DNA from: the human T2T-CHM13v2.0 reference genome, Homo sapiens
Strand: one strand, 5' to 3'
NCBI RefSeq assembly: GCF_009914755.1
Contig: NC_060925.1
DNA length: 64,000 bases
The notes beneath the pieces were generated by a model, which ran no database searches, was not told where the DNA came from, and saw only the letters and a program-made list of their open reading frames with translations. A program made the position numbers and the translations under genes. The stretch's first letter is position 1; each line of letters opens with the position of its first letter. Shown one piece after another: positions 1 to 20,058 of this stretch.

Positions 1-2283
<2,283 letters not shown>

Positions 2284-2306
2284 AATTTTAGCATCAATGT
2301 TCAAAA

Positions 2307-2447
2307 TATATATGTATACGTATATATATACACACACACATATATATATACGTATGTATACATGTATATATCTATACATGTATACGTGTATATATATATG
2401 TGTGTGTGTATATATATATATATACACACACACATATATATATACAC
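2307..2447. repeat. Compound (TA)n/(CA)n/(TG)n microsatellite with inverted symmetry
   Basis: Alternating purine-pyrimidine tract read directly from the sequence. Confidence 0.95.
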
Positions 2448-3041
2448 CATCCTAGGGCCCAAAACATTTTTTTGAAATTTCATGTAGAATGTCCAGTACA
2501 CAATCCAAAATAACTAGCACATGAAGAGATAAAGCAATCTGTGGGAAAACTAAGAGAAACAATAGAATACTATAGGATGAAACCCACAGAGAGTTCAGAT
2601 TATGGAGTTATTGAATGTAGACATTAAATAATTATCCTTAACATACTTTATGAGATAAAAGGAAAAATCAAGAATTTCTGCTGAAAACTTAAAACTATAA
2701 AATAAGCCATTTGACAATTCTAACTCTGAATAACACAATAACCAAAATTAAGAATGCACTGGATGAGTTTAGAAGTAATTAGCCAAACTGAAGAGTATCA
2801 GGAAACTGGGAGATGAGTCAGAAAAAAATATCCAGAGGGAAGCATGGGAAGAGAAAAGGTTAAAAAATACAACAGACTGTAAGATAGACACAGGGGATAG
2901 AGTGCAAAGAGTCAACCGGGGTGTCCTTGGAATTCCGGAGCAAAGAGAATGTCAAGTTATAAGGAGATAAAGTTATAAAGAGATAGTAGCAGAGAATTCT
3001 CCAAAACTGATCCCGGCAAAAAATGAACCCTCCCACTACAC

Positions 3042-3251
3042 CAGGGGTCAGCCAAATTTTGCCAGTGGCCTGTTTCGGTATGACTTGTGAGCTAAGAATG
3101 TTTTTTGTTTGTTTGTTTGTTTGTTTGTTTGTTTACATCATTAAAGGGTCATGAAAGAAGAAGAGGGGAGGAAAGGAGGAGAGACCACATGTGGCACACA
3201 CAGCCTAAACAAATTATTTGCCCCTTTACAGAAAAGGTTTGCTGACACCTG
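3042..3251 (+). mobile_element. MER58-family hAT-Charlie MITE with internal (TTTG)n
   Basis: Terminal inverted repeats caggggtcagccaaa / tttgctgacacctg. Internal gtgagctaagaatg and cccctttacagaaaa motifs. Confidence 0.75.
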
Positions 3252-3820
3252 AACCACAGATGTAAGGATTCCTATAAACCCCATGTGCTCCTCTAAATCT
3301 ACACTTTGCTTGGTATCTCAGATCACCAATGAGGAGAACTAAAAGAAGTTTGGAAGGAGAAGAAAGGTCAATGAGATTACGGTATTTATTTCCCCAGGTG
3401 CCTCCAACAAGTCACCATAGGATGCCTGCATCCCTTGACCAAAATATAAATTCGTATAAAGTAACTTTCTTCACACTATCTCTCTGCTTCTAGCTATTAG
3501 TAAAAGCTCCCCTTCCCTTTCATGTTAGGGGTGATAAAGCCCCTAACTCTAATCCTGATCCAGGCTTCTGCTGTTACTAGCTCCCAAGTCTGCACTATCC
3601 CCTGCTGTTTCGTTATATCTTACCCAATGCATTAATTATCTATTATCTATGAGGTCTGACAGATGGTGGGCATATCTAGGTATAGGATAATAAAACTACT
3701 AGAAGAGATGAAAGAGAAGGAGGAAGAGGAGGAGAAAGGAAGAAAGAGAATAAATCTTAAAAGCACCAGAGAAAAAGAATTCCTACGATGGACAACAATT
3801 AAACTAAGAGCTAAATTATC

Positions 3821-7556
<3,736 letters not shown>

Positions 7557-7614
7557 AGTCTGATGAACTATGGAAAAATATATTCAAATTACCTAAAGAA
7601 AATAATTAGCAATT

Positions 7615-7900
7615 GGCCGGGTGCGGATAATCCCAGCACTTTGGGAGGCCGAGGCAGGCGGATCACGAGGTCAGGAGATGGAGACCATCCTGGCTAACAC
7701 AGTGAAACCCCGTCTCTACTAAAAATACAAAAAATTAGCCAGGCGAGGTGGTGGGCGCCTGTAGTCCCAGCTACTTGGAAGGCTGAGGCAGGAGAATGGC
7801 GTGAACCCCGGGGGACGGAGCCTGCAGTGAGCCTAGATCGGGCCACTGCACTCCTGCCTGGGCGACAGCGAGACTCTGTCTCAAAAAAGAAAAAAGAAAA
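7615..7900 (+). mobile_element. AluY (Ye-lineage-like) with a ~13-nt deletion in the left-arm A-box region
   Basis: ggcgaggtgg, aaccccggggg, gagcctgcag and gacagcgagac diagnostics. TSD aaagaaaataat(t/a)agcaat at 7595-7613 / 7899-7917. Confidence 0.85.
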
Positions 7901-10900
7901 AGAAAATAATAAGCAATCATGAATCCAATCACACCAGTGCAAATATCTTTCAAGAATTAAAACAAAATAAAGGTATTTTTCAGACAAACAAAATATGAGA
8001 ATTGGTCACCAGCAGACTAAATAAATGCTAAAGGGTGTTCCTCAGGCAGAAAGAAAAATTTACCAGATGGAAGGTAGAAGATGATTGAAGGGATGAGGAA
8101 CAATGAAAGAGGAAACAGATATACGTATCGATGCATAAGACAACGATGAATATACATATAGTATATATATGCTTGAAAATAATAACATATAAGAAAGTAA
8201 AAGAGTTTAAAGCATTCTAAAATCCTTGCAATATCTAGGAAGGGGTACAAGTACTAATTTACAATAGAATTGTATTTTTCAGAGTGCCCACCCAAAGTGT
8301 AGTAAAATAATATAGAAAGTTAACAGAAAGGTGAATAATACAAAATAATCAATCCCAAAAGAAGATAAAAGAGGAGAGGAGAAAAAGAGAAAAAGTGAAA
8401 CAACTAAGAGCAAATAGCAAGACAGAAGATAGAAACTAAGATATCACATCAAATGTAATAAAGGTGATGAATTAAATCCTTCAAATTAAAGACAAGTGTG
8501 TCAGAGTGGATTTAAAAAATAGGCTTCTTAGAAGAGATATATCTAAAATACAAGAATATAGCAAGGTTTATGTTAAGGGATAGAAAAATATACCATGTAA
8601 ACACTAAAAACAAATCAAAGCTGGTGTTGCTCTATTAATATCACACAAAGTAGACTTTAAAGAAAAATTATTACTAGATAGACACACTTCACAATGTTAA
8701 GGTTCAAATTAGCAGAAAGATTAAAAATTCCAAAATTCTAAAATAAAAGTTGTTTCTTTGGAAACATTTAATAATAAAGTTAGTAAATTGGCAATACTGA
8801 TTGTAGAGGGGGAAGAAAGAGCGAATAAGAGAGATAATGAAGATGAGCAAATATAATCAATATGAGGAATGAAAAAAAGAAAACAGCATCACTACATATC
8901 TTACAGACATTAAAAGATAAAGAGACATTACTTATGAACAATTGTATATCAGTAACTCTGAAACTTTAAGTACAATAGAAATATTTCTAGAAAAATTCAG
9001 CTTACAGAAATTGACTCCAGAAGTAACAGAAAATTTGAATGGATCTTTGATTATTTAAATAATTAAATCCAAAATGGAAAATTCCAAGCCCAGATTGCCT
9101 CAGTTGGTGAATTCTTCTAAATATTTAAGGGAGAAATAAAAACGTTAAAATTCATTACAAAACTACATTGATTAACACAATGTGATATTGGTGCGGTAAT
9201 ATACAAACAAATCAGTGAAAAAGAATTGAGTCCTGAGAAAGATCCAGGCCTATAAAGACACTAATTAAGTGAAAGACTGGACTGAAGACAAGTGAAGAAA
9301 GGATGGCATTTTCAAATAAATGATACTAGGTCAACTGGATACCCATCTGAGGAAAAAATAAAACTTGATCTCTATTTCATAGCATACACGATAATCAGTC
9401 TAAGTGGATTTCAGATCTAAATGTGAATGGAAAACAATAAAACTAGCGGAAGATTATATGGGAAAATATCTTGAACTTGAAAGTACAAAATTTAAACAAG
9501 ACACAAAAGCACATAAATGAAAAATTGATATATTTCTCTAAATTAAGAACTTTTGCTCATCAAAATGCATCCTAAAAAGAGAAAATAGGAAAAACACACA
9601 GTAGGGAAAAAAATATTTACAGCACATATAACCCATAAAGGGTTCATATCCAGACTATATAAAGAACTTCTACAAATCAATTTTTTAATAAAAAATGTAT
9701 TATGTGTAGAAAAGGAGACCGCACAAGCACTTCATAAAAGAGAGTAACCAAAGATGCTCACTCCCAGCAAAAATTTATGAAACGATGCTAAATCTCTTTA
9801 GTCATTCAAAAAATATATATCAAAACTAGAATGAGGAACAACTAAAAACTCATTGGATTAGGTAGAATTAAGCAAACTGGAAACATCAGTGTTGGCAAGG
9901 AAGTAAAGCAGTGGAAACTCTCATGTATTGCAACCACTTTGTGCAAAGCACTCAATGCAACCACTTTGGACAGCTGTTTGGCAGTATTTACCAAACAATA
10001 TACATACACGTATAGCCCAGCAATTCTACTCTTTCTAACAGAAATCAGGGTATTAAGAGTATGAATAATATTCATTTAAAAAACAACCTAAATGAACATC
10101 AACAGTAGATTGGATTAACAAATTGAAGTATGTTCACACAAGAGATTACAAACAATAACAATGAACTAACTACTGATGGACTCAAAAGCATTCCTGAATC
10201 TCTCAAAAGCAGTACTGAACAAAATGAGATAACATAAAAGAATGCATCATTGTCCTATTTAATTTATATGAAGATCAGAAATAGGCAAAATAAAAACTCT
10301 AGCGTTAGAAATCAAGTTGCTCTGGGGGAGGAGCAAGGGAGAAGTGACTAGGAACGATGAGGGATGTCTGGGAGTTGGTTACATTCTATTTCTTGACCTG
10401 GATGATGGCTACATAGATGCTTGCTTTGTTAGAATTCATTAAAAAGCATATTTCTGTTTTAAACACTTTAAAAGAAATAATCAGAACTGTGACACAAATT
10501 TATTTACAAAGACATACTGTTTCATTATTGTGATAAAAAAGTTAAAAAAAGGAAAAACCTAAATGCCAAATTTTGATATGTCCATACAATGAACTACTGT
10601 ATAATCATTTAAGTTTCTGCTATAAAAGAATTTTTAATGTCATAAAAAGGGAAAATCTATTGTTGAGATAATAAAATGGACAACTCACTACATACAGTGT
10701 AATACCATTTTAATAAAATATATAAACATATATATATGCTTTATATATGAAGAAAAAAAAGACAGACAATATATGCCAAAATGTTAAGATAAAATCATGG
10801 GCAATCCTTATTTCTTTATTTCTACATCTATAATTTCTAAATTTTTTAAAGGTAACATGAAAAACTGAAATGAAAAATTGGAATTAAACAATTCTTCTTG

Positions 10901-11639
10901 TAAAGATTATCCAGAGGCTAACACTAAGTCTGTCTTCACTTGGAAGCACATCCCTGAGGCACGATATTTCACCAATAAGTCTAAAGCACTCTTCCTTGTA
11001 AGTTAACATTTATAGACTCCAGAGCTAAATATTGAATGATAACGTAAGAAATCATAAGATGTCTGCATGGCTCTGACACAGACTCCCAATCATTGTTCTC
11101 TTCTATCAGAGCCAGATCACAGAGCTCCTATTGCCCTTTCAATAGTTTAACTGGGTTAAGAGCTTCACGAACAACAAGCAAATGGCCAAGCTATTTTTCA
11201 CTAACATTTGTCTTCCTTCACAAATAAAGATTAAACCAAAGAAAATCTCCTTCTCCCCTAGCCCCACATACAATGCCTGTGCCTAGCCTTTCCTGCCCTC
11301 ATGTGGTCCTCCCGTTTCCCACTCAGCAAAGTTCCACCCCTCTTTCAACACCTTCCTCAACAGGTGTTTTTTGCTTTTTTCTGGAAGCCTCCTACAATTC
11401 TCCTAATCAAATTGTGCTCAGAAGTTTCCTCAGCACGTATGAGTCCTGCAAGGCCCTTCAGCAGATCATTCCTCCTTTGCTGCAACTTTCTCTTCCAGTG
11501 GCTTCTATAACTTCCAGTGTCATTTTCCTACCTCTGAGAATGTGCCATTGCCTACATTTAGATACATGAGGAAGAAGAAAAACTAATAAAATGATCTCAA
11601 AGTTCTCAGAATCTATTGTTTATAAAGAATCCAAATTAC

Positions 11640-12130
11640 ACATATTAGATGGCTACTCTCATCCATTAAGATGGCTATATACAGAAAATAACAAGGGTTA
11701 GCAAGGATGTGGAAAAAAGGGAACCCTTGAGCACTGTTGGTGGGAATGTAAAATGGTAAAGCTGCTATGCAAAACAGTATAGTAGTTCCCTAAGAAACTA
11801 AAAATAGAATTATCATATGACTCAGCAATTCTACTTCTATATATATATACCCAAAAGAATTAAAAGCAGGGACTTGAACAGAGATATTTGTACTCCAGTG
11901 TTCACAGCAACATTATTCATAATCGCCAAAAGTAGAAGCAACTCATATCCACTGATGGGTGAATGGATAAACAAAATGTGGTATATACTCACAATGAAAT
12001 ATCATTCATCCTTAAAAAGGAAGCAAATTCTGACACAACATGAATAAACCTTGATGACATTATGCTAAGTGAAATAAGCCAGTTACAAAAGGACAAATAT
12101 GGTAGAATTCCAATTATGAGGTACCTATGT
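11640..12130 (+). mobile_element. L1MA/MB-type 3' fragment
   Basis: ggatgtggaaaaaagggaaccc...gacattatgctaagtgaaataagccag motifs. Confidence 0.7.
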
Positions 12131-12139
12131 TTGTCAAAA

Positions 12140-12262
12140 GAAGAACTGCCCAGCTGAGCCAAGCCCAAATTTCAACAGAATAATTATGCAACAAAATGTT
12201 TATTTTATTAAACCACTAAGTTTTAGGGTGGTTTCTTATGCAGCATTATACAACTGAAACAA
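12140..12262 (+). mobile_element. MLT1-type MaLR LTR 3' fragment
   Basis: aactgcccagctgagcc...ccactaagttttagggtggtttcttatgcagca...actgaaaca terminus. Confidence 0.6.
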
Positions 12263-12679
12263 TTAATACTACACGCCAGTAAAAGTGAGCAAGCTACTGA
12301 CACACTCAATATGGTTGAGGCTTACAGCCATTGTGCTGAGAGAAGCCAGGTACAAAAAGATTACACACTGAATCATTCCACTTATCTGTACTTCAAGAAT
12401 AGGTAAAACTAATCTATGGCGATAGAAGTCAGAATAATGGTTATTTCAGTGGAGGGTAGTCTAGGATAAAATGGAGGAGAACCTTCTAGGGTGCTGGAGA
12501 AATCCGATGTTTTGATCTAAGTAGTGGTTATGTGCAAGTATACATTTGTAAAAATTCACTAAGCTGTATACTTTAATGTATTTTTATCACACTTGACTGT
12601 ATATATTTTGTACCTCAGTTTTTTAAAGTTTCAAAAAATTCTACTGAAAGGAGATTAGCTATAACAAAGCCTATATCAG

Positions 12680-13200
12680 ATTATGATTAGTGCTATGAAA
12701 ACAGTAAAAGGATAGAAATTTGTAGTAGGGTTCTCAGGGAAAGCCACTCTAATCATGTAACGTTGAGCAAACACCTCAATGAAGTGAGAGGAAAGGCCAT
12801 TTAGGGGAAGAATATTCCAGGCAGAGGGAACAGCAAGTACCCCAAGGCCAGCAAGAGGCCATGGCACCTGAAACAGAATAAGGCAGCCAAGGAACAGACT
12901 ATGGAGTGCCTGATAGGCCACCATTGTGGATTTTATTGTGTGAGATGAGAGGCTGCTAGGTCTAACGTTGCCAACATGGAGAATGAGATGAGAACTGAGA
13001 TCTGACCATTAGATTTGGCTACATGGACATCACTGGCACCTTTGACAACAACAGTTACAGTTTCAATAGAGTGACAAGGTTGAAAACCTGATCAGAATAA
13101 GTGCAAGAAAGAGAAGAGAAAAAGCAGAAACAACAAGTACAGAGAACTCTTTCTAGGAGTCTTTCAGTTAAAGAAGCAGGAAAATGGGGCAGCAGCTGGG
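12680..13200 (-). mobile_element. L2 fragments
   Basis: ggggaagaatattccaggcagagggaacagcaagt and ttagatttggctacatggacatcactgg L2 motifs. Confidence 0.6.
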
Positions 13201-13222
13201 GTATGTGGAGAGAGCTTTATAA

Positions 13223-13699
<477 letters not shown>

Positions 13700-14773
13700 A
13701 AGTTCTCTTTTTATCACTCCTCTTTTGTCAATGAATAAGAAGCAAGAGGATCAGGGGAGAGTACGAGCTGGGTGTTGTCAGTCTGAGGAGAGAGGAGAAG
13801 CTATGAAGGTTTGCCTTGTTGGAGAACACAGCCTGGGAAAATTCAGGGGGAATTCCACGTGAGCTGAAGTCAATCTGCACAATGATGGAGTTCTCCACTC
13901 ACATTCTCCAGTCACATTCAGGGACTAGGGCACAGCCTAGCGGAGGCAGAAAATAGAGTCCAAGTGGAGTGGAGTTTGGCCAGGTATTAGGACTGAGGGG
14001 CAGAGGAACAGGAGTTGGGGGAATGGGGTTCAGTGCACTAGTGGAGGTGACAGCCCAATCACAGTAGGTTCAAGGAATGGGAGGAGGGAAAGCAGGGACA
14101 CGTTATTTCCCTAACTCATTCTCACCACTGCTTCCTAGGTACACCTTCAAAAACAAAAATCAGATGAGATCCCACCCTAATGGAAGTCCATGATGGCTTC
14201 TTTGTGCCCACATGATAAACTGTAAACTCCTTGGCAAGACTCTAGGATTCTTTATCACTGGACTTGGCCTTCTTCCCTCCCCCAGTGCTAACTCTGATTT
14301 GAACACAATGAATGTCTTGCTCATCCCTTATAGCACAGCCCTTTGCACATGTTCTTTCCTCTCCCAGAAATGCTCTACTTCCTCCTCACCAGACTAAACC
14401 TAGTCATCTCTGCCAGGAAGCCTCCCTGGATTCTCCCACAAGGCTAAGTGCTCCCTGTTGTAGGCTGTAACACCTTGAACTGACCCCTAGAATGCCCCTC
14501 ACATTCTCTGCCAAGGTCTATTATCTGTGGCCCCTACTAGACCAGGGGCTCCTTGGGGAGTTGTATGCCTATCCCCTGCCATCTAAGTCAATTACATTTC
14601 TTTGAAGAAGGACCAATCTGAAAGAGGAGCCAAGAAAAGTTGGTAGGGAACTAAAAGAGAAGTAGAACTTGGATTGGCCAGAGAGCATCCTGGGAGAGAA
14701 GGATGGTGAGTCAACAGAGGGGAGTCAGACACAGCAGCTGAGTGAGTGTATTCTGCTCCCCAGTGCTAAACTC

Positions 14774-15369
14774 TTTTTTTTTAATCATACTTTAAGCTCT
14801 GGGATACACATGCAGAACATGCAGGTTTGTTACATAGGTATACACGTGCCATAGTGGTTTGCTGTACCCATCAACCCATCATCTACATTAGGTATTTCTC
14901 CTAATGCTATCCCTCCCCTACCCCCACAACCCCCAACAGGCCCTGGTGTGTGATGTTCCCCTCTGTGTCTATGTGTTTTCATTGTTCAACTCCCACTTAT
15001 GAGTGAGAACATGCAGTGTTTGGTTTTCCGTTCCTGTGTTAGTTTGCTGAGAATGATGGTTTCCAGCTTCATCCATGTCCCTGCAAAAGACATGAACTCA
15101 TCCTTTTTTATGGCTGCATAGTATTCCATGGTGTATATGTGCCACATTTTCTTTATCCAGTCTATCATTGATGGGAATTTGGGTTGGTTCCAAGTCTTTA
15201 CTATTGTGAACAGTGCTGCAATAAACATATGTGTGCCTGTGTCTTTATAGTAGAATGATGTATAATCCTTTGGGTATATACCCAGTAATGGGATTGCTGG
15301 GTCAAATGGTATTTCTGGTTCTAGATCCTTGAGGAATTGCCATGAGGAATCTTCTACAATGGTTGAACT
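14774..15369 (-). mobile_element. L1PA7/8-like 3' fragment, sense to KCNH1
   Basis: Reverse-complement L1 ORF2 end and 3' UTR (ORF 14986-15228 MFIAALFTI...SLISGS). Short TSD-like aactctt on both sides. Confidence 0.88.
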
Positions 15370-16214
15370 CTTGCATTGCCTCAGAGTGATTTGTTTTTAG
15401 GTTTTACATTTTTTTTAACTCTAGAATCACAGTTTCACGGTTAATCACTGCTTCCTGGAAGCCAGGCAGGATCGACTTCCTGCTGTTAGAAATGCTCCCC
15501 TAGCCACTCCCCAGCTCCCACACGTACACACCCCAGGTAGGATCATGACTCCGGTGCGTGTGCAAGGCACAGCATCTACAGTCCCATCTTCCATGTGAAG
15601 CCTCTGCTTTAACAAGAGGCATGTCTCCTCCACAATCCTTCACTCACTGTGAGCACAAGTCAGGAGAAAGACTGATAAAATAAATCAAAGGAAAAGTTCT
15701 AGACAATGTTTCTAGCATGGAGGCAGCGGCAACATCACAAACATCACTGAAAACAGACTCAGCCCCTGGCCACTACTGGCAAGTCACACTCATCAAAAGA
15801 GAAATGCACTCATCCGCAGCACTTCCTGCTGCTAACAAGACACAGGAGTGAAAACTACTGTGTGTCTGATTTTGTCCTCTTTTTTCCAAAATAATTGGAT
15901 AGAAGAAATACTCAGCACAAACATGAAAGATAGAAATGCCAAGGAAAAAAGAAGGAAATATGAGGACACTATGGTACAACTTAGTTTTTCTGTCCATTTT
16001 ACTATCAGACATAATGACTTGTGAGAAATGTTGCTTTTACCCAGGTGCTACCACAGGCTGGTAAGACTGGTCAGCCTGCATCCTGGGGTCTCACCTCCTG
16101 TCCACCCTCCAATCAAACCCACAGCAGAAGGAAATCCCAGAACAAGACCTGTGCTGATCAGAATTGAAATCACCAGTGCTATAGAGTGATGATTTTTAAT
16201 TGCTATTGCTAAAT

Positions 16215-16770
16215 AAATCATGGTACATCCATACAATAGGATATTATTCTGCAATTTTAAAGAAGTTATCATGAAAAAAATGGAAGAACCCTATATGCAT
16301 GTTGCTAAGTGAAAGAAACCAATCTGAGAGACTACAGGCTGTGTGATTCCTATGTTATGACATTCTGAAAATGCAAAACTATAAAGACATCAGTGGTTGC
16401 TAGGAATTGGGGTAGGGGGATGAATACGTGGAGCACAGGGGATGTTTAAGGCACTGAAACTTCTCTATATGATACTGTAATGGTTGATATGCATCATTAC
16501 ACACTTGTCCAAACCCATAGAATATATAATCCAAAGAATGAACCCTCGTGTAAACTATAGGCTATATGCTATATGAACTTTGGCTAACAATAATGTATTA
16601 ATATTGGCTCATCAATGATGACAAGTATACCACAGTAAGGCAAAATGTTAATAGAGAGGAAACTGTGTGCGAGGAGGGGAGGGGAGGGTGGTCTCTGTAC
16701 ATCCCACTGCATTTTTCTATAAACTAAAACAGCTCTAAAGAATAAAGTCTACTAATTTTAAAAAACCAAA
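16215..16770 (+). mobile_element. L1MC-type 3' end
   Basis: gtccaaacccatagaat...gtaaactat...ggctcatcaat...aataaagtcta L1MC 3' UTR motifs. Confidence 0.7.
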
Positions 16771-19700
16771 TTGCTATTATGAGCTACAAGGACTGCCTAT
16801 ACAGTATTGTTAGAACTCAAAGGGGAAGAAAAGCCCTGGTCATCTCATGACTTTCACCTGACAGCTTCCCACCTGCTTCCAGCTGGACAGCAAGAGGAGT
16901 CACCTGTGTGAAAACTGAAATGCTAGCCATCTACCTAAAAAGAACCACAGGTAAGGACTGACAGCCATAAGTTAACAGGATAAGTAATGAACGTTGGTCC
17001 AACTTGCTTTCAGCGTCAGTGATAAGGAAAGCCTGGAAGAGCAGGGAATAGTGAGCCTAGAAGAACCTAGAGGTGAGGCCATTCACCCAGGAGAGATAAG
17101 CAGGGTAGGCAATGACACCTTGGAGTCAGTGCTGACCTCCACCCTCACCATCCATCCCCACACACCTGCACCAGTGACCTCAGGTTAGGGCCACACAGGC
17201 TAACCACTCAAACCTCTCACCCCTCAGCTGTAAGAAAGGTCCACGAAAATGAAGGGAACAGCAGGAGCCATGCCAGGGAATGATTCAGAGAAAGGGCCCC
17301 AGGGACTGAAATGCATAGTTTGGTTCCCTCAGCTTCCAGATTCTCTGAAGAGACAGCATGACCCGCAGGAGAAAGCACAAGCCCAGGAGTCAGGAGACTA
17401 GAGTCCGTTTTCACTACCTCAAAACAGCTGCCATCAGGCAAAAGGACAAACTGTCCCTTTCATCTGCAAAACCGGGATAATACCTGCTCTCAAGCCACAG
17501 AAGGTTAGAGCTGGGATGGGCTCATCACACAGGTCAGGCAAACCAAGTTGAGGGCAATGAAGTTATTTTCACAAGGTTGCACAGCTGGGTGACAAAGTCC
17601 CTCTTGGGTAACAAATTGCCGTCCTCCCAGTGCAGCTTCTTCACTGCCATACAGAGTTAGGATAAAGGTGATCTGTGTGAGTGTTTTGGAAAGTTAAAAT
17701 CACAAGATAAAGGAAAACTTGTCATGCTGTCATCTTTTCATTGGCACATTTTGCTCCTGTTCTGCTAGAAGGTAAGTATCTCCCATGAGTGTGAGCTCTT
17801 GGCAAATGTCAGCTGCATCACTGGCACTAGCTGGTTGTGCTGCTGTCTGAGGTTACAGAGCCAGGGATAGAAAAAAGCTCTTGGCCACCTTCAGGCTCCA
17901 GGGCACCAGCATTGTCACCTGGGAGATAACAGCTCCCTTTTCCCCTTTGCATTTCCACACTTCAATAGCAGTAAGCAATAAGTTTCCTCGGGAGAGTGAA
18001 TCTGTTTTGTCAGTAATAATTCAATCTTTAACACACGAAGCACACTAGCCCAACAATCCACTCAGCACTTGAAAGAGACTTATTTAGCTTCTGCTTTGAC
18101 ATACCCATTCTAAGCTTTAGTTCGCTCTGTTTCCAGACCTTTTATCCTCCGAACATTTTAACTAATGTGCAAATATATTCTCAAACGGCCTCCGAAACAG
18201 ATTATTACCAACAGACCGGAGAATGACGCAAATGTAGCCCATCTACATAAGTGAAACAAGTTTAGCCAAAGGGATCACTTGTGCGGCTTAAATCATGGAG
18301 ATGGGCTATATCCACAGGGCTGAATTCATAATTGCAGGCTTTAACAATTTACCCCAGTTCTTTTTTGACCCAGACTTTGGGTGGCTCCAATCTTTTCACT
18401 TCAAGAACTCCCCACCCCCACTGCACACATACACACAGATGGCAAAGCTAACACAGCTCACGTCCTTCTTTGGTGGTCTCCACTGGCACACAAGTCCACT
18501 GGCATAATTTTGAGAACACCAAAGATGATTCAGCTAGCTCCACATATATTTTTTTATGAGAAATGAGTCAATAATTTGTTTCTCTGCACACTCCCCCAGA
18601 GAAAGAACCTAGAGCACAGGGAGCTGTAATCTTAGATTCGTAACTCCACAACAGATCACAGGTGAGAAGACAGCATATGGTGAATAGGAAGCCACTAAGC
18701 CATCAATCAGAATTCTCCAACCCAGGGGGTTTTCCCTCAGCCTGATCTGGGTTCAAAAGATGGGGTGCCCTTCATGGGCTCTCCAACATCCTGTAACAAA
18801 CATCAACCATTCATTCCCATTTAATGGTGTCGTTTCACTAAAGGACTATGCCTGGGAAACTGCTGGGTCTGTCCCTTGGCAAGCATCTTTAACTGCCCAT
18901 GTCATCCCCAACACAGATGCCTTGGGGAAAATGTAGCTGCCCACCTCCATCTACCTCCACCAGACCCCGTGTCCAACTTCTCTACCACATTCAGCCAAGC
19001 CAAGGAGTGAGCCACACACATCAGAAACTTCCTGGTCAGTTTTGACTCAACTGTCCTTCATTAAGTGTTTTGCTCCTATTTTATAAAAATCTGTTGCTAT
19101 TAGGAATAGAGAAGAGTCAGAAGGGAACCCATTATTACTGTGATTATATGATATGTTATTCCATCTTGAGTGAGTCATTTCCCCTGTCTTTTTTCTTACT
19201 TGTGTATTAAGAAGGTTGAACTATAAGACCTCCATGGTCCTGTCAGGCTGTGACCTCAAGTGGGTCTATGTATTACCTGCTAAGTGTTCCCACCCCCCAC
19301 CTTGTTTTCCTCCCACCCCAATTACAAGAAAGAGGTCACGGTGCTAGGACTCTTGTTCTTACAATAAGCTTCTGGAAGTAAGACTAATGCAGATGAGATT
19401 TAGCATTCACCAGACTTTAGCTCTTGGAGCTGGCAGGAAACTCAAATAATCCACCACCCAAATGCTATGCCTTCAGGCAGGTATAGTAGTATTATCCCCA
19501 AGATGTAGATAGGAAAACCATGATCCAGAAAGGCTAAATGATATGCACAAGGATCCCAGCTGTTTTAACAGGTGATACCAAGAGAACTAAAAGCCAAATC
19601 TTCCCATTCCTCACACTGATCTCCCTCCAACCACCAGAGTTGTTATGAAAGGGCATTATTTGAGGTGTTAGCCAAAGCTTTAAAAGAAATTACCAAATAT

Positions 19701-19910
19701 AAAATTATGTCTTACAGAAGGAAACAATAGCTGTAGCCCTTAATATTTGTACTATTATTTATGACCAACAGGTGATAGTAAGAGCTTTGATTCTAAGCCC
19801 TTTACCAATGAGAAAGCTACAGATAACTAACATTTTTCTTATTAACCAATCTATTTCATGAATCTATAAATCAGAAACCACCATCAGGAGTATTTATAAA
19901 TAATGGCAAA

Positions 19911-20058
19911 GGAGTTCCAACCCGACATATACAGTTGGTTTGGAAGGAGTTCCAACCCAACATATACAGTTTGTTTGGAAGGAGTTCCAACCCAACATGT
20001 ACAGTTGGTTTGGAAAGAGTTCCAACCCAACATATACAGTTGGTTTGGAACTCTTTCC
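19911..20058. repeat. Minisatellite, 4 x 35 bp (ggagttccaacccaacatatacagttggtttggaa), with a self-complementary unit
   Basis: Units start at 19911, 19946, 19981 and 20016, each with about one substitution. Confidence 0.95.

Noticed and set aside
19911-20050. 35-bp palindromic direct repeats resembling a CRISPR array
   Set aside because: Units are head-to-tail with no unique spacers, there are no cas genes, and the context is a human intron. It is a minisatellite.
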